Origin: a virus
Lineage: Duplodnaviria > Caudoviricetes
Direction: 5' to 3' (one strand)
DNA: 41,436 nucleotides
IMG/VR virus record: IMGVR_UViG_3300014202_001565
Coordinates: 1-41,436 of that record
Positions 18,454-26,701 of this stretch are shown here, piece after piece. A program made the position numbers and the translations under genes. Every line of letters begins with the position of its first letter. The first letter of the stretch is position 1. The notes beneath the pieces were generated by a model that saw nothing but the letters and a program-made list of their open reading frames with translations, did not search any database and was not told the origin of the DNA.

Positions 18454-19975
18454 GTACAAGTTCTCCTAGTAGTGACCAGAGGAGCCGGTAGGCTCCGCTC
18501 AGGGCGTCGATCTGGTCATCATGCGTAAGTCCGAGGCCGTCAAAGACGATCGCCTCATTGATGAAAGGTTGGATCCAATGCGTATTGCCTTCCGCGAGAA
18601 CGATCCTGAACTTATCGTTCTTAGCGCGGGCGGCGACACCGGATGCCCGTTGCTTCTTATCACCGTCCGGAACGACGGGCCAAAGAGGAACGGCGCCCAT
18701 GCGGGCGTTCGGGTCGAAGATGCCAAGCCGGAAAAGGTCTTGGATCATTGCCAGCTGCCAAAAGACCTTCTCGACGCCGACGGCATACTCGTAACCGTTC
18801 TTTCGGCACCATTCGTAGTCTAGGCGCGTGGTTTGCTCGATAATGTCGCAAGCCGATGGCCATTGCTCTCGGAAGCGAACCATGTCTTTGAGCCAGACCG
18901 TATGATCTGGACCGATCCCAACCAACGCACCTGCGAAATAGTCGTCGGTGCTCTTGGCTTCGGCGGCGGTAAGGTCCCAAAACCGAACCCATAGCTTGAT
19001 GGGTGGGTGATCAGCTTCCGTCTTGAGCCATTGCCGAAGGAAGAAAGCTCCCTCGGGTGGCCGAGGGCGACCCTGATACTGAGAAAGAAAGACCTGGGGC
19101 TCTCGATCTCGCTTTTTGTAGATCGTCTCCGGCGATCGCCGTGGAGAAAGGATTTCGCCTATCTCACGGAAGCGATATTCGGGGTTCTGAAGATAGAACT
19201 CCTTGAGGGTGAGAATGCAGCTCCGAGTGGGATCGGTGTGCATTTCATCTTCATCTGCGATCGCTGGGAACCGGTAGTATTCCCAACCCCCTTCCGCTAA
19301 CCGGCGCCCCGCGAAGTCATCCTCGTGGTACCGGTGGAACGTCGCGACAACGTTTGCTTCCGGGTCTACTCGAAGATCAGCGTTCTCAGTCCAAAACCGG
19401 TCGGTTTTGTTGTTGATCGCTTCCGACTTAGCCTCTTCGGGAGATGCGTAAGGGTCGTCGATCAACAGCAGGTCGCCGGAGCTGAGGCCCTTTCCGACGA
19501 AACCCGTCTGCAAGCCCAGGGCGACAAGGCTATCTTGTCCGTCATGGAGCCTGGATCGATAGTTCGTCGAGAACGCACCCGCCGCGCAAACCGAAGGGAT
19601 GTGACACCGCGCATCGGGGAACATCGCCTTGTATTCCGGCCCCTGCATGAGGTTCCGAACCTGCTCGGAGAATTGCTCCGTCGTGTGGGTTATGTTGTAA
19701 CCGGCAAGTACAACTCTGCCTTCCGGTCGCTTGCCCAAGTAGTAGGCGGGAAACCGCTTGGATTGCAGGATGCTCTTGCCGATTTGAGGCATCGCGTGAA
19801 GAAGGATGCGACGCCCCTTGGTATACAGAAGGCTCTCGAAGATGTGGGCAAGGATCATTTGCCACGGATCGAGAGTGAAGTTGGTTGTTCGGGCTAGGAA
19901 CTCGGTGAAGTCGATTTCTGGCGCGACGTAGGGCCGATGCCGATCAGCCGCGGCCCTAATGGCCTCGGCAATCAT
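18356..19975 (-). CDS. terL: Terminase large subunit (539 aa)
   Basis: Walker A (PQIGKS), Walker B (LLLIDDP), RYHEDDFAG, nuclease motifs FWDLTA and HDDQIDALSGA. Confidence 0.95.
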   Translation of the reverse strand: MIAEAIRAAADRHRPYVAPEIDFTEFLARTTNFTLDPWQMILAHIFESLLYTKGRRILLHAMPQIGKSILQSKRFPAYYLGKRPEGRVVLAGYNITHTTEQFSEQVRNLMQGPEYKAMFPDARCHIPSVCAAGAFSTNYRSRLHDGQDSLVALGLQTGFVGKGLSSGDLLLIDDPYASPEEAKSEAINNKTDRFWTENADLRVDPEANVVATFHRYHEDDFAGRRLAEGGWEYYRFPAIADEDEMHTDPTRSCILTLKEFYLQNPEYRFREIGEILSPRRSPETIYKKRDREPQVFLSQYQGRPRPPEGAFFLRQWLKTEADHPPIKLWVRFWDLTAAEAKSTDDYFAGALVGIGPDHTVWLKDMVRFREQWPSACDIIEQTTRLDYEWCRKNGYEYAVGVEKVFWQLAMIQDLFRLGIFDPNARMGAVPLWPVVPDGDKKQRASGVAARAKNDKFRIVLAEGNTHWIQPFINEAIVFDGLGLTHDDQIDALSGAYRLLWSLLGELVHEEETPIHGSPEYYRRLKLAIAEASGDDGFGY

Positions 19976-19978
19976 TGA

Positions 19979-20902
19979 TTACCCGACGGTCCCGAAGTAG
20001 GTGACTCGCCCGGTGCAGGTTCCTCCATTCTCAATGGCCCGGACAAGAAGGGCATTCTCGCGGTCCATATAGAACACGTAGGGTTGCCCGACGTCGGCAT
20101 TGAAGTCATGGCCGTTGTCGCCAGCGGTCGCCGTGCCGCCGTCAAAGCGCATCGTAACCCCCGCCGTACGAAGCGTCAAGAAGATGAGGCGCGTACCCGC
20201 GGGAGCGTTGGCGAAAATCTGTGCGGAAGCCGCGACGGAAACTAGATCCTCATCCGCTGGGGTGCCGCGAAGAGGTTCCGGTGCGTTGTCGTCGAACGGG
20301 AGGACTTTGTATCCTCGTTTGGCTGCTGAAGCTTGGTCCATTTCTTGGAATATCCTCGTGGTCTGGTAAGAGAAGGAACCGCCCCCGTTGGAAGCCGGTT
20401 CGTAGTGAACTCGAAGTTGAACAAAGTCGATTCGTCTGCCGTTGGAGTCCCCAGTAGTGTTGGAGCCCTCCGCGATCAGAACGCCGAAGGTCGAAGCGAG
20501 TAAGTCATCAGCGGTTGGGGTTAAGCCCCAAAGATCGCTTGCCCCGCCTAGGATGTCGTCTTGCCAACCGGGGCCATCGCTGTTGAACTCTTTCTCGTCT
20601 CCGACGGGGGTCGAGCCGTCAAAAGTTAGCTGGACGCCAGTTGTGTTCCCCGTCACGATTTGGGGCACACCGGAGGTTGCGTAAACCTCAACCTCGATCC
20701 CGAGAATCGTATCCCGAGACTTCAGCCCCGCTCCAGCCAGATCAAAGGCGAGAACGGTTAGGGGATCGGTGACCTGGAAAGCATGCGAAGCGTATTTGGT
20801 GTTTTCGGCAAGCTCGATCGCCTCAAGCAACGAAGCTGCGCCAACCGCTGACCAGCCAACGCCGGTAACGCTTGTTCCCTGAATCCAGGCCGTTGTTTCC
20901 AT
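19979..20902 (-). CDS. Putative two-domain virion structural protein (307 aa)
   Basis: Beta-rich N-domain (ILGIEVEV, GGASDLWG, IDFVQLRVHY) plus a second small beta domain; between terS and terL. Confidence 0.5.
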   Translation of the reverse strand: METTAWIQGTSVTGVGWSAVGAASLLEAIELAENTKYASHAFQVTDPLTVLAFDLAGAGLKSRDTILGIEVEVYATSGVPQIVTGNTTGVQLTFDGSTPVGDEKEFNSDGPGWQDDILGGASDLWGLTPTADDLLASTFGVLIAEGSNTTGDSNGRRIDFVQLRVHYEPASNGGGSFSYQTTRIFQEMDQASAAKRGYKVLPFDDNAPEPLRGTPADEDLVSVAASAQIFANAPAGTRLIFLTLRTAGVTMRFDGGTATAGDNGHDFNADVGQPYVFYMDRENALLVRAIENGGTCTGRVTYFGTVG

Positions 20903-20904
20903 GC

Positions 20905-21693
20905 TTACCGTTGAATGCCGATGCCGACGTAGTCGACTTTGAGAGTCTTGGTCAACAGGTTGTCGCCCGTGACGAAGGCGACGGCCGGGGTAAGGATTTC
21001 TTCGGAGTCGTAAGGCAGCGCCGAACTTGCCAGTTGCCCTTTTTGGACCCCGTTGATATAGAAGTTCACGACGCCTTTCCCCGCCGTGACGCTGTCCATG
21101 CTCACGTCGATGGAGAGAGTCACGTAGGTATCGGCGGCTGTCGTATAGTCGAAGGGGCCGACACTTGTCAGAACGGAGTCTCGAAGAACCACGCCATAGA
21201 AGCGAGTGGAGCCGTCAGGCTTGTAGAAGCCGATGGCGTCGGTCATGGTGATTGCCGTTGTGGTTAGGGTTCCGGCACCTCCTAACATCGTGGTATCGGT
21301 GATGGATGGCCCCGCCCAAATCTCGCTCTCGGTAGCGTCGTTGGTGGCCACCCGGGCGGTATAGATGGATCGCTTTCCAAGGTTGAGACTGAACGTCTCC
21401 ATGTCCCCCTGGATTTGGAAGCCGGAGTTGTCCGACGTGGCGTTTCCGGAGATAAGGTAGACGCCGTACTTCTCATCCGTAGTAACCGCGCCGCTCCCTG
21501 AGCTGAGGGCGGTTCCGGTGAACGGGTCGATCCCTTGCTCGTTATCAAACTCGTAAAGGATTTGATACCAGGGCGGGTTACTCGGGAAAGCGGCGATGGA
21601 CGGCTTCTCGAGGCCGACGTATTGGACGAACGCCGCGCCCATAAGGCTGCAAGCGACAAGGATGGCGAGGATTGTGACTAAGAGTCGTTTCAT
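20905..21693 (-). CDS. Predicted lipoprotein/secreted beta-sandwich protein, paralogue of 12472..13278 (262 aa)
   Basis: MKRLLVTILAILVAC signal with LVAC lipobox; GGAG RBS; collinear motifs with the decoration-like protein. Confidence 0.6.
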   Translation of the reverse strand: MKRLLVTILAILVACSLMGAAFVQYVGLEKPSIAAFPSNPPWYQILYEFDNEQGIDPFTGTALSSGSGAVTTDEKYGVYLISGNATSDNSGFQIQGDMETFSLNLGKRSIYTARVATNDATESEIWAGPSITDTTMLGGAGTLTTTAITMTDAIGFYKPDGSTRFYGVVLRDSVLTSVGPFDYTTAADTYVTLSIDVSMDSVTAGKGVVNFYINGVQKGQLASSALPYDSEEILTPAVAFVTGDNLLTKTLKVDYVGIGIQR

Positions 21694-21708
21694 GTGTGTC
21701 TCCGTGGC

Positions 21709-22152
21709 CTAAGGCCCGTCAAGGATTTCAGCCCGGGCGAGGATCGCGCCGGAAAGCTTTTCGTAAGTCTTCGCGTCGCAGTTCTCAGCGAGAACTTCAA
21801 AGACGAGCTCGATCATCTTCAGCCCGTCGATCGCGATGACGTGTTGTTCGACTTTCTGACCAAGGCCGTACTTGGTCACCATCTCCGCGAGTTGTTCGAA
21901 CTGTTTCCAGTTCACTTCGGGGAGCTTTTGGTTGCGACGCCTCTTTGACCTGGCAGCGCGATAGTTCTTGGCGATCTCGATCATTCGTTCGTGAATGATC
22001 TCAGCCGCTAGATCAGCTGATTGCTGATGGAGCCGCCTTATTTCGTTCGGGGGCCGACCGTTACTGCCCCTGTTACCTTTCTTGCCTCCGGGCAAGAGGC
22101 CTCCACCGTGGGGTTGGCGTATCAGATCGGGCTGGGGCGTGTCTTCGCCCAT
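21709..22152 (-). CDS. terS: Terminase small subunit (147 aa)
   Basis: Gly-rich GGKKGNRGSNGRP motif followed by helical region; upstream of terL. Confidence 0.65.
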   Translation of the reverse strand: MGEDTPQPDLIRQPHGGGLLPGGKKGNRGSNGRPPNEIRRLHQQSADLAAEIIHERMIEIAKNYRAARSKRRRNQKLPEVNWKQFEQLAEMVTKYGLGQKVEQHVIAIDGLKMIELVFEVLAENCDAKTYEKLSGAILARAEILDGP

Positions 22153-22159
22153 GGACGTC

Positions 22160-22537
22160 CTAGTTGGGCGAGATGATCTCGTCGACTAGTGGGGCGATAG
22201 CTTGCGGGGGGAGTTCCACAGCTTCGCCTTCGGGCAAGATCGCCGCCACTTCGCCGTCGGTGATGACCGCCAGGTCATGACCGCGAAACTTGAAGGGAGC
22301 CATGCCCATAACGTAGATCAGGATCCGCTGCCCGACCTTGCAGCAGTTCGGGATAAGTTCACCCATGATCGAGTAATTGCCGGGGCCAACGGCGATGACC
22401 TGACAAACCATCGTGTCTTGGCCTTGCATCGTGTCGGGCAAGTGAAGCCCGCCCGTGGTGCGCGTTTGCTTTAGCGGGCGAATGATTACCTTGTCGCTAG
22501 GGGCTTGGATGTCTTGAAGTTCTGAAGGAATGATCAT
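22160..22537 (-). CDS. groES: Phage-encoded co-chaperonin GroES/Cpn10 (125 aa)
   Basis: PSDKVIIRP, mobile loop TTGGLHLPDT, VIAVGPG, KVGQRIL, EVAAIL. Confidence 0.9.
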   Translation of the reverse strand: MIIPSELQDIQAPSDKVIIRPLKQTRTTGGLHLPDTMQGQDTMVCQVIAVGPGNYSIMGELIPNCCKVGQRILIYVMGMAPFKFRGHDLAVITDGEVAAILPEGEAVELPPQAIAPLVDEIISPN

Positions 22538-22553
22538 GTTTTGTTCCCTGTGA

Positions 22554-23189
22554 TTAGCGGCCGCAAGTACCGCAGATGCCGTCTAGCTCTACAGGTCCGT
22601 AAAGTGGCTTCTGATTCAAAGCCTCCCGCATGAGCTTTAGCCCTTTGTTCCAAGGGCCATACCGACCGACGACGCCGGTAAATTCTTCGATGTCGTGTCC
22701 GCGAATGCAAAAGCGCGGAAGCCCGGTGATGGGGTCGAAGACCGTCTCGCCGTACTTATCTTTCATGAGCCCGCAGTGATAGAGCTCGTGTTCGATCACC
22801 GCGCAAATCTGATCGGGACCTGCTTCGGCAAGGAACACCGCATCCAGCGTGATCACGAAGTCGGGTATCTCTCCGAACCATTCGGAATAGAGCATCGTTC
22901 GTTGCATCTGCGACCAAGGCTTTCCAGTCGGCTGCCCCATGGATGCTTCCCCTAAGACGTGCCGGCCCTTATCGAGGAACTTTCGGTTGGTCCACAGAAA
23001 CCCGAGGGATGCTTGCTCGAGGTGTTCGTGATCGGAGTTGTAAAACGTGCTCTGGAAGTCTAGAAACATTTCCCGCGCCCAATCCCTGACTTCCGGGCAC
23101 GGCTCCATCCGGGCGGGATAGTCCCGCGACGCTAGATGCTCGGGGATATTCGGGAACGGTAGCGCGGCAAGGGCAACGCGGGTGCCCAT
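22554..23189 (-). CDS. Putative phage metallopeptidase (211 aa)
   Basis: HELYH (HExxH) plus HDIEEF...VVGRYG motif. Confidence 0.85.
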   Translation of the reverse strand: MGTRVALAALPFPNIPEHLASRDYPARMEPCPEVRDWAREMFLDFQSTFYNSDHEHLEQASLGFLWTNRKFLDKGRHVLGEASMGQPTGKPWSQMQRTMLYSEWFGEIPDFVITLDAVFLAEAGPDQICAVIEHELYHCGLMKDKYGETVFDPITGLPRFCIRGHDIEEFTGVVGRYGPWNKGLKLMREALNQKPLYGPVELDGICGTCGR

Positions 23190-23191
23190 CG

Positions 23192-23593
23192 CTACTCGTC
23201 TTTGCCCGGCGTGAGATCGATCGCGCTCCGGAGTTGCGCGAGTCGCTTACGCAGCCCTTTAGGCATCGGTAGACCCAGCATAGCCGCCTTCTCAGTCATC
23301 GAGATAGCCTCGGTCAGCATCCAAAACAAAGAGGTGAGGGCCGCAAACGTCGTGTGCAGGTTCCACGCGGAAACCATCGGGAACAGCCCGTCGACGATTG
23401 CCGCCAGTAACACGATTCCGATCATCGCCAACTTGCGGGTGATGCCAACGCGAGAAACAGCCGAGTTCACAATGCTTGCTCCCCATGCCGCGCCGACTCC
23501 GAGCAAGATGTCCGCAATCACCATCGATACGAAGGTGACAAAGAAAGGCATCGTGACCCTGAAGTCATCCCTAACGGCGTCGATGAATTCCAT
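23192..23593 (-). CDS. Holin (133 aa)
   Basis: About three hydrophobic segments; D-x-x-x-G, NS...G..RK and EAISMTEKAAMLGLPMP match holin-4-type pattern; follows endolysin; real start at MEFIDA within the 290-aa ORF. Confidence 0.85.
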   Translation of the reverse strand: MEFIDAVRDDFRVTMPFFVTFVSMVIADILLGVGAAWGASIVNSAVSRVGITRKLAMIGIVLLAAIVDGLFPMVSAWNLHTTFAALTSLFWMLTEAISMTEKAAMLGLPMPKGLRKRLAQLRSAIDLTPGKDE

Positions 23594-23597
23594 CACG

Positions 23598-24137
23598 TTA
23601 GATCGAAAGGCCCCCCATGTTCGAGAGCCTAAGTCCAGGATGCCCTTTGAGCACCAAGCGGCGGTTGAGTTCGCGGTGGAACTCATAGATGTTGAAACCG
23701 GGCGCGTTCTTGGGATCGAACTTACGCCCCGGTGAAATCCAATAGTGAGTCGTGATGAACTTGATCGTCGGATACGCGAGTGCCCAGGACTCGCAACGCT
23801 CAAGCATCGCCTCAATCTGTTTTGCCGAGTAAGGGTCTTTGCCGTTGTCGAGGTTGACGAAGGCCGCTCCGAGAGAATAGTTGTTGACGTTGGGTCCGCT
23901 CGGGCCCAGCGACTTACCCGCGTGAAAAGCCACTCGGCTATCGGGCACGGTCTTGTTGATCTCGCCATCTTGCTCTCGCTGGTCTTCGACGATGGCGTGA
24001 TACGAATAGTCGATCTGGCGAAGCCAGGAAATAGCCCCGCCCGCGGTCGAGCCCGCTGTAGCATGCAGCACGATCGTGGTGATCGGCTGTTTGCGAGCTC
24101 GGGAAATCAAAGACTGTTTGAGAGTGCTGATGTTCAT
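23598..24137 (-). CDS. Endolysin, N-acetylmuramoyl-L-alanine amidase (Amidase_2 type, 179 aa)
   Basis: IVLHATAG, SYH, AFHAG, NNYSLG, TH..ISPGRKFDP zinc amidase motifs. Confidence 0.93.
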   Translation of the reverse strand: MNISTLKQSLISRARKQPITTIVLHATAGSTAGGAISWLRQIDYSYHAIVEDQREQDGEINKTVPDSRVAFHAGKSLGPSGPNVNNYSLGAAFVNLDNGKDPYSAKQIEAMLERCESWALAYPTIKFITTHYWISPGRKFDPKNAPGFNIYEFHRELNRRLVLKGHPGLRLSNMGGLSI

Positions 24138-24161
24138 GGCGGGCGGGGTTCGGGAGGTCGC

Positions 24162-24593
24162 TTAGCTGCGGAAGTTGAACGAAAGGCCAAAGACCACGCC
24201 ACCGATCGACGGCGGGCGGGATTGGGTGAGTCGGCCCGTGAGGCCAAGCAAAACCGACACCTGGTCGGCGAGGCGAAAGCTTTTCGAGAGCATCCCGCCA
24301 AGCGTTGCGGCGCCGTTCGTTCCGCCGGCAGTGCCGACGACGAATGAGACGTCGAGCGTGCTCACCCATGGAACGTTGGTGAGGGTGCCGAACTGCTGCG
24401 TGACTAGGGGCGACCACTCTTTGGACTTGAGCGAATACTCCCAGGTGAAGGCGGTCTTACCGGGCGCTTCGTCGGGAGCGAGGGCCTTTTCGTCGTAGAA
24501 GGGGGCGGGCGCAATGGGCGGGCAGTTCTCGCAGGCCTTGGCCGCGGGAGCGATGGCGAGACAGGCTAAGAAGCCGAGGAATAGTTTCTTCAT
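24162..24593 (-). CDS. Secreted protein with amphipathic beta-strands, outer-membrane type (143 aa)
   Basis: MKKLFLGFLACLAIAPAAKA signal peptide; GGAG RBS; C-terminal VFGLSFNF. Confidence 0.7.
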   Translation of the reverse strand: MKKLFLGFLACLAIAPAAKACENCPPIAPAPFYDEKALAPDEAPGKTAFTWEYSLKSKEWSPLVTQQFGTLTNVPWVSTLDVSFVVGTAGGTNGAATLGGMLSKSFRLADQVSVLLGLTGRLTQSRPPSIGGVVFGLSFNFRS

Positions 24594-24762
24594 GGTTCGG
24601 AATCTCCGGGGTCTGAAATGACGAAAGCCCCGTCCAGCCGGGGCCACGCTTGCGAGTGAGGCATGGCGGTCTACATCGAGCCACCTCCTAAACCAAATGC
24701 CCCGTTTCTCGCACGGGGCCACACGGACCGGAGCCAATCTCGGCCAGCGGCATGGGTATTCG

Positions 24763-25032
24763 TTAGCCAGCGACCGGGAAATGCTCCCAGTCTTCGGCGA
24801 GGAGATCGGTCTGCGATGCCAGCCAAGGCACGCGAGCGCCATTGGGATAGGCCGCGCTGCCGACGGGATACTCAAGAAACATGTAAGGCAGAGTCATCTT
24901 TGAGTGCTCGTCAGGCCGCTGCACTTCAACAAACATGCCCTTGCCGTTCCATCCGCGGCGGCAGAGTCTTTGTCCCGCCTTTAGCTCTTGAAGGGCAACG
25001 TCGAATCCGAAAGTCTCGGGGAGAATAGGCAT
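24763..25032 (-). CDS. tad2: DUF2829 / Tad2-like anti-defence nucleotide-signal sponge (89 aa)
   Basis: FDVALQELKAGQRLCRRGWNGKGMF...VPWLASQTDLLAEDW, the characteristic DUF2829 signature. Confidence 0.85.
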   Translation of the reverse strand: MPILPETFGFDVALQELKAGQRLCRRGWNGKGMFVEVQRPDEHSKMTLPYMFLEYPVGSAAYPNGARVPWLASQTDLLAEDWEHFPVAG

Positions 25033-25160
25033 AGATCAGTCTTCCTTCCCCACTCTGGTATGCACTGAAGGGGAGAGTTGCGATAAATCGGAAGGCCCGG
25101 CGATCTACATCATGAAGAAGCCGGGCCCGGAGCTCTCACAGGGAAGCGAGAGACATCTTG

Positions 25161-25194
25161 AAAACAAAAAAGCCAGGCGCATTAACGCCCGGCT
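25161..25194 (-). terminator. Rho-independent terminator between the early/middle operon and the late operon
   Basis: Minus strand AGCCGGGCG-TTAATG-CGCCTGGCT then TTTTTGTTTT. Confidence 0.85.
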
Positions 25195-25211
25195 ATCTGG
25201 TTCAACCTTTT

Positions 25212-25871
25212 TTACGAAGCAGCCTCGCAAAGTGATTCGGCTTTTTTTCGAGATCGACCGGGGCCGGGTTTATAAGCCTTGGCCCGGAGGCGGCAAGCAT
25301 TCACGTATGCCAGCGACGTGTACCGTTTCCCGTCGCAATCCCAGGTTGTTAGCCATCCCCGTTTCGCCCACGTTCGAAGCGTCTCGATCTTCAGGTCTTT
25401 GCACTCCGGCTGATCCAAGATTTGCCGGAAGGTCATCGGCGCACCCCAATCCCGGGTTGACATCGAGATCGCGAACCGGTCGGTAAACCAGATAAGGGGA
25501 TGCGAGAGATACCACACCTCGAATGGCATCGGCCCGACCATCCCTTGCCGGTTCCACCCTTCAAGCACCCACAGGTACCGCTCGTAATGCTCCCATTGGG
25601 CGGCCATCTGCTCTAACCTGTCCCGGAGCATGATGTCACGCGCCCGCGCCCTATAATGCTCTTCCATCGCCGGGTCTGACTTCCCTTTCTTCGGTGCCTC
25701 GAACCCCTCAAAGCCCGCCGCCAACCGCCGCGATGCTTTCAACGTGAATCCTCGAGAAGGGGTCCGCTTCCTTTGTGAGACCCAGCCCGCAAACACTTCC
25801 TCGGCGGTGAACACGATCGCACCCAGCCGCCGCGCCTCTTCTAGTCGTTTTTCGACGTCGCCCACTTTCAC
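25212..25871 (-). CDS. Candidate late-gene regulator with C-terminal MerR/excisionase-like HTH (219 aa)
   Basis: LKIETLRTWAKRGWL...DGKRYT motif; last gene before the terminator and late operon. Confidence 0.55.
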   Translation of the reverse strand: MKVGDVEKRLEEARRLGAIVFTAEEVFAGWVSQRKRTPSRGFTLKASRRLAAGFEGFEAPKKGKSDPAMEEHYRARARDIMLRDRLEQMAAQWEHYERYLWVLEGWNRQGMVGPMPFEVWYLSHPLIWFTDRFAISMSTRDWGAPMTFRQILDQPECKDLKIETLRTWAKRGWLTTWDCDGKRYTSLAYVNACRLRAKAYKPGPGRSRKKAESLCEAAS

Positions 25872-26701
25872 CGCGAACCTCCCGCATCATTTGAACCAAC
25901 CGCACCGCTGATTCCACCGCTGTTTTCAAAGGCATCGCCGCCCGCCGCCGCGCCACAGTCTTCTTCGCTTTCTTTGCTCTTCACCCACGGCGCCACTTCG
26001 TTAGGGTCCCTTTCTATCCTGTGAACGTGCTTGTCCACAAACCCTGCTCCGAATATCTCTTCCAAAGCGGACCGGCCCTTACTTCCACCCGTTGCTTGCC
26101 GGGCTTCGCCACGCATCGGGCTTGTCTCGACGACCACCGGTGCCTTCGGCATTAACCGATACGACATGCCCTCCCGAACCAACATGTTCAAGTAAGCCGC
26201 GGGGGAGATTCCAACCATCAGCTCTCGAAGCTGAGCGCGAGAGAACCCGAAATACCGGTAAGTCTTGTCGTCATCCTCGAAACTCACCTCGAGGGTGCCA
26301 ACCTGGCTCAAATACTCGGGGCTCTCGGGACTCGGCTCTTCTTCGCCATCTGCCCGGAAACCGTAGCTCCCAATCACGTTGCTGCCCATGAACGGTCGAT
26401 GAGGAATCGCGTCTTCTCGCCATCGCTGACCAACCGCTTCCCTAACCTCATCCAGAAACCGGGGATCAAACTCGCAAACCTGATCGCCTAGCTGTAACCA
26501 ACACTGTCGCTGCTGAGGACCTCGGAAGATGTGCAACGTCCATCCATGGCTTACTAGCCTTAGGAGATCAGAAGGTGGGGTCAGGTCTTCGTGGACCCTA
26601 TCGGGTCGAGACTGACTCTCTGGCGAGTTCGAAAGCTCTTTTTTTTCGCTCTCAGGGCGGTTGATGCTCATGCCTCGCTCCCCGTCAGTGCGTTCCATCA
26701 C
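25868..26701 (-). CDS. KTSC-domain-containing protein (277 aa)
   Basis: SNVIGSYGF...GTLEVSFEDDDKTYRYFGFS...SPAAYLNMLVRE resembles the KTSC consensus. Confidence 0.6.
   Translation of the reverse strand: MMERTDGERGMSINRPESEKKELSNSPESQSRPDRVHEDLTPPSDLLRLVSHGWTLHIFRGPQQRQCWLQLGDQVCEFDPRFLDEVREAVGQRWREDAIPHRPFMGSNVIGSYGFRADGEEEPSPESPEYLSQVGTLEVSFEDDDKTYRYFGFSRAQLRELMVGISPAAYLNMLVREGMSYRLMPKAPVVVETSPMRGEARQATGGSKGRSALEEIFGAGFVDKHVHRIERDPNEVAPWVKSKESEEDCGAAAGGDAFENSGGISGAVGSNDAGGSR

Noticed and set aside
23594-24064. N-terminal extension of the holin ORF (290 aa in the track)
   Set aside because: Overlaps the amidase in another frame; the holin-like sequence begins at 23593
24594-24762. tRNA or tmRNA in the structured spacer
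   Set aside because: No cloverleaf, canonical T-loop or CCA end could be built by eye
24594-24875. N-terminal extension of the 237-aa ORF
   Set aside because: Signal peptide and RBS place the start at 24593; the upstream part is a structured spacer and tad2
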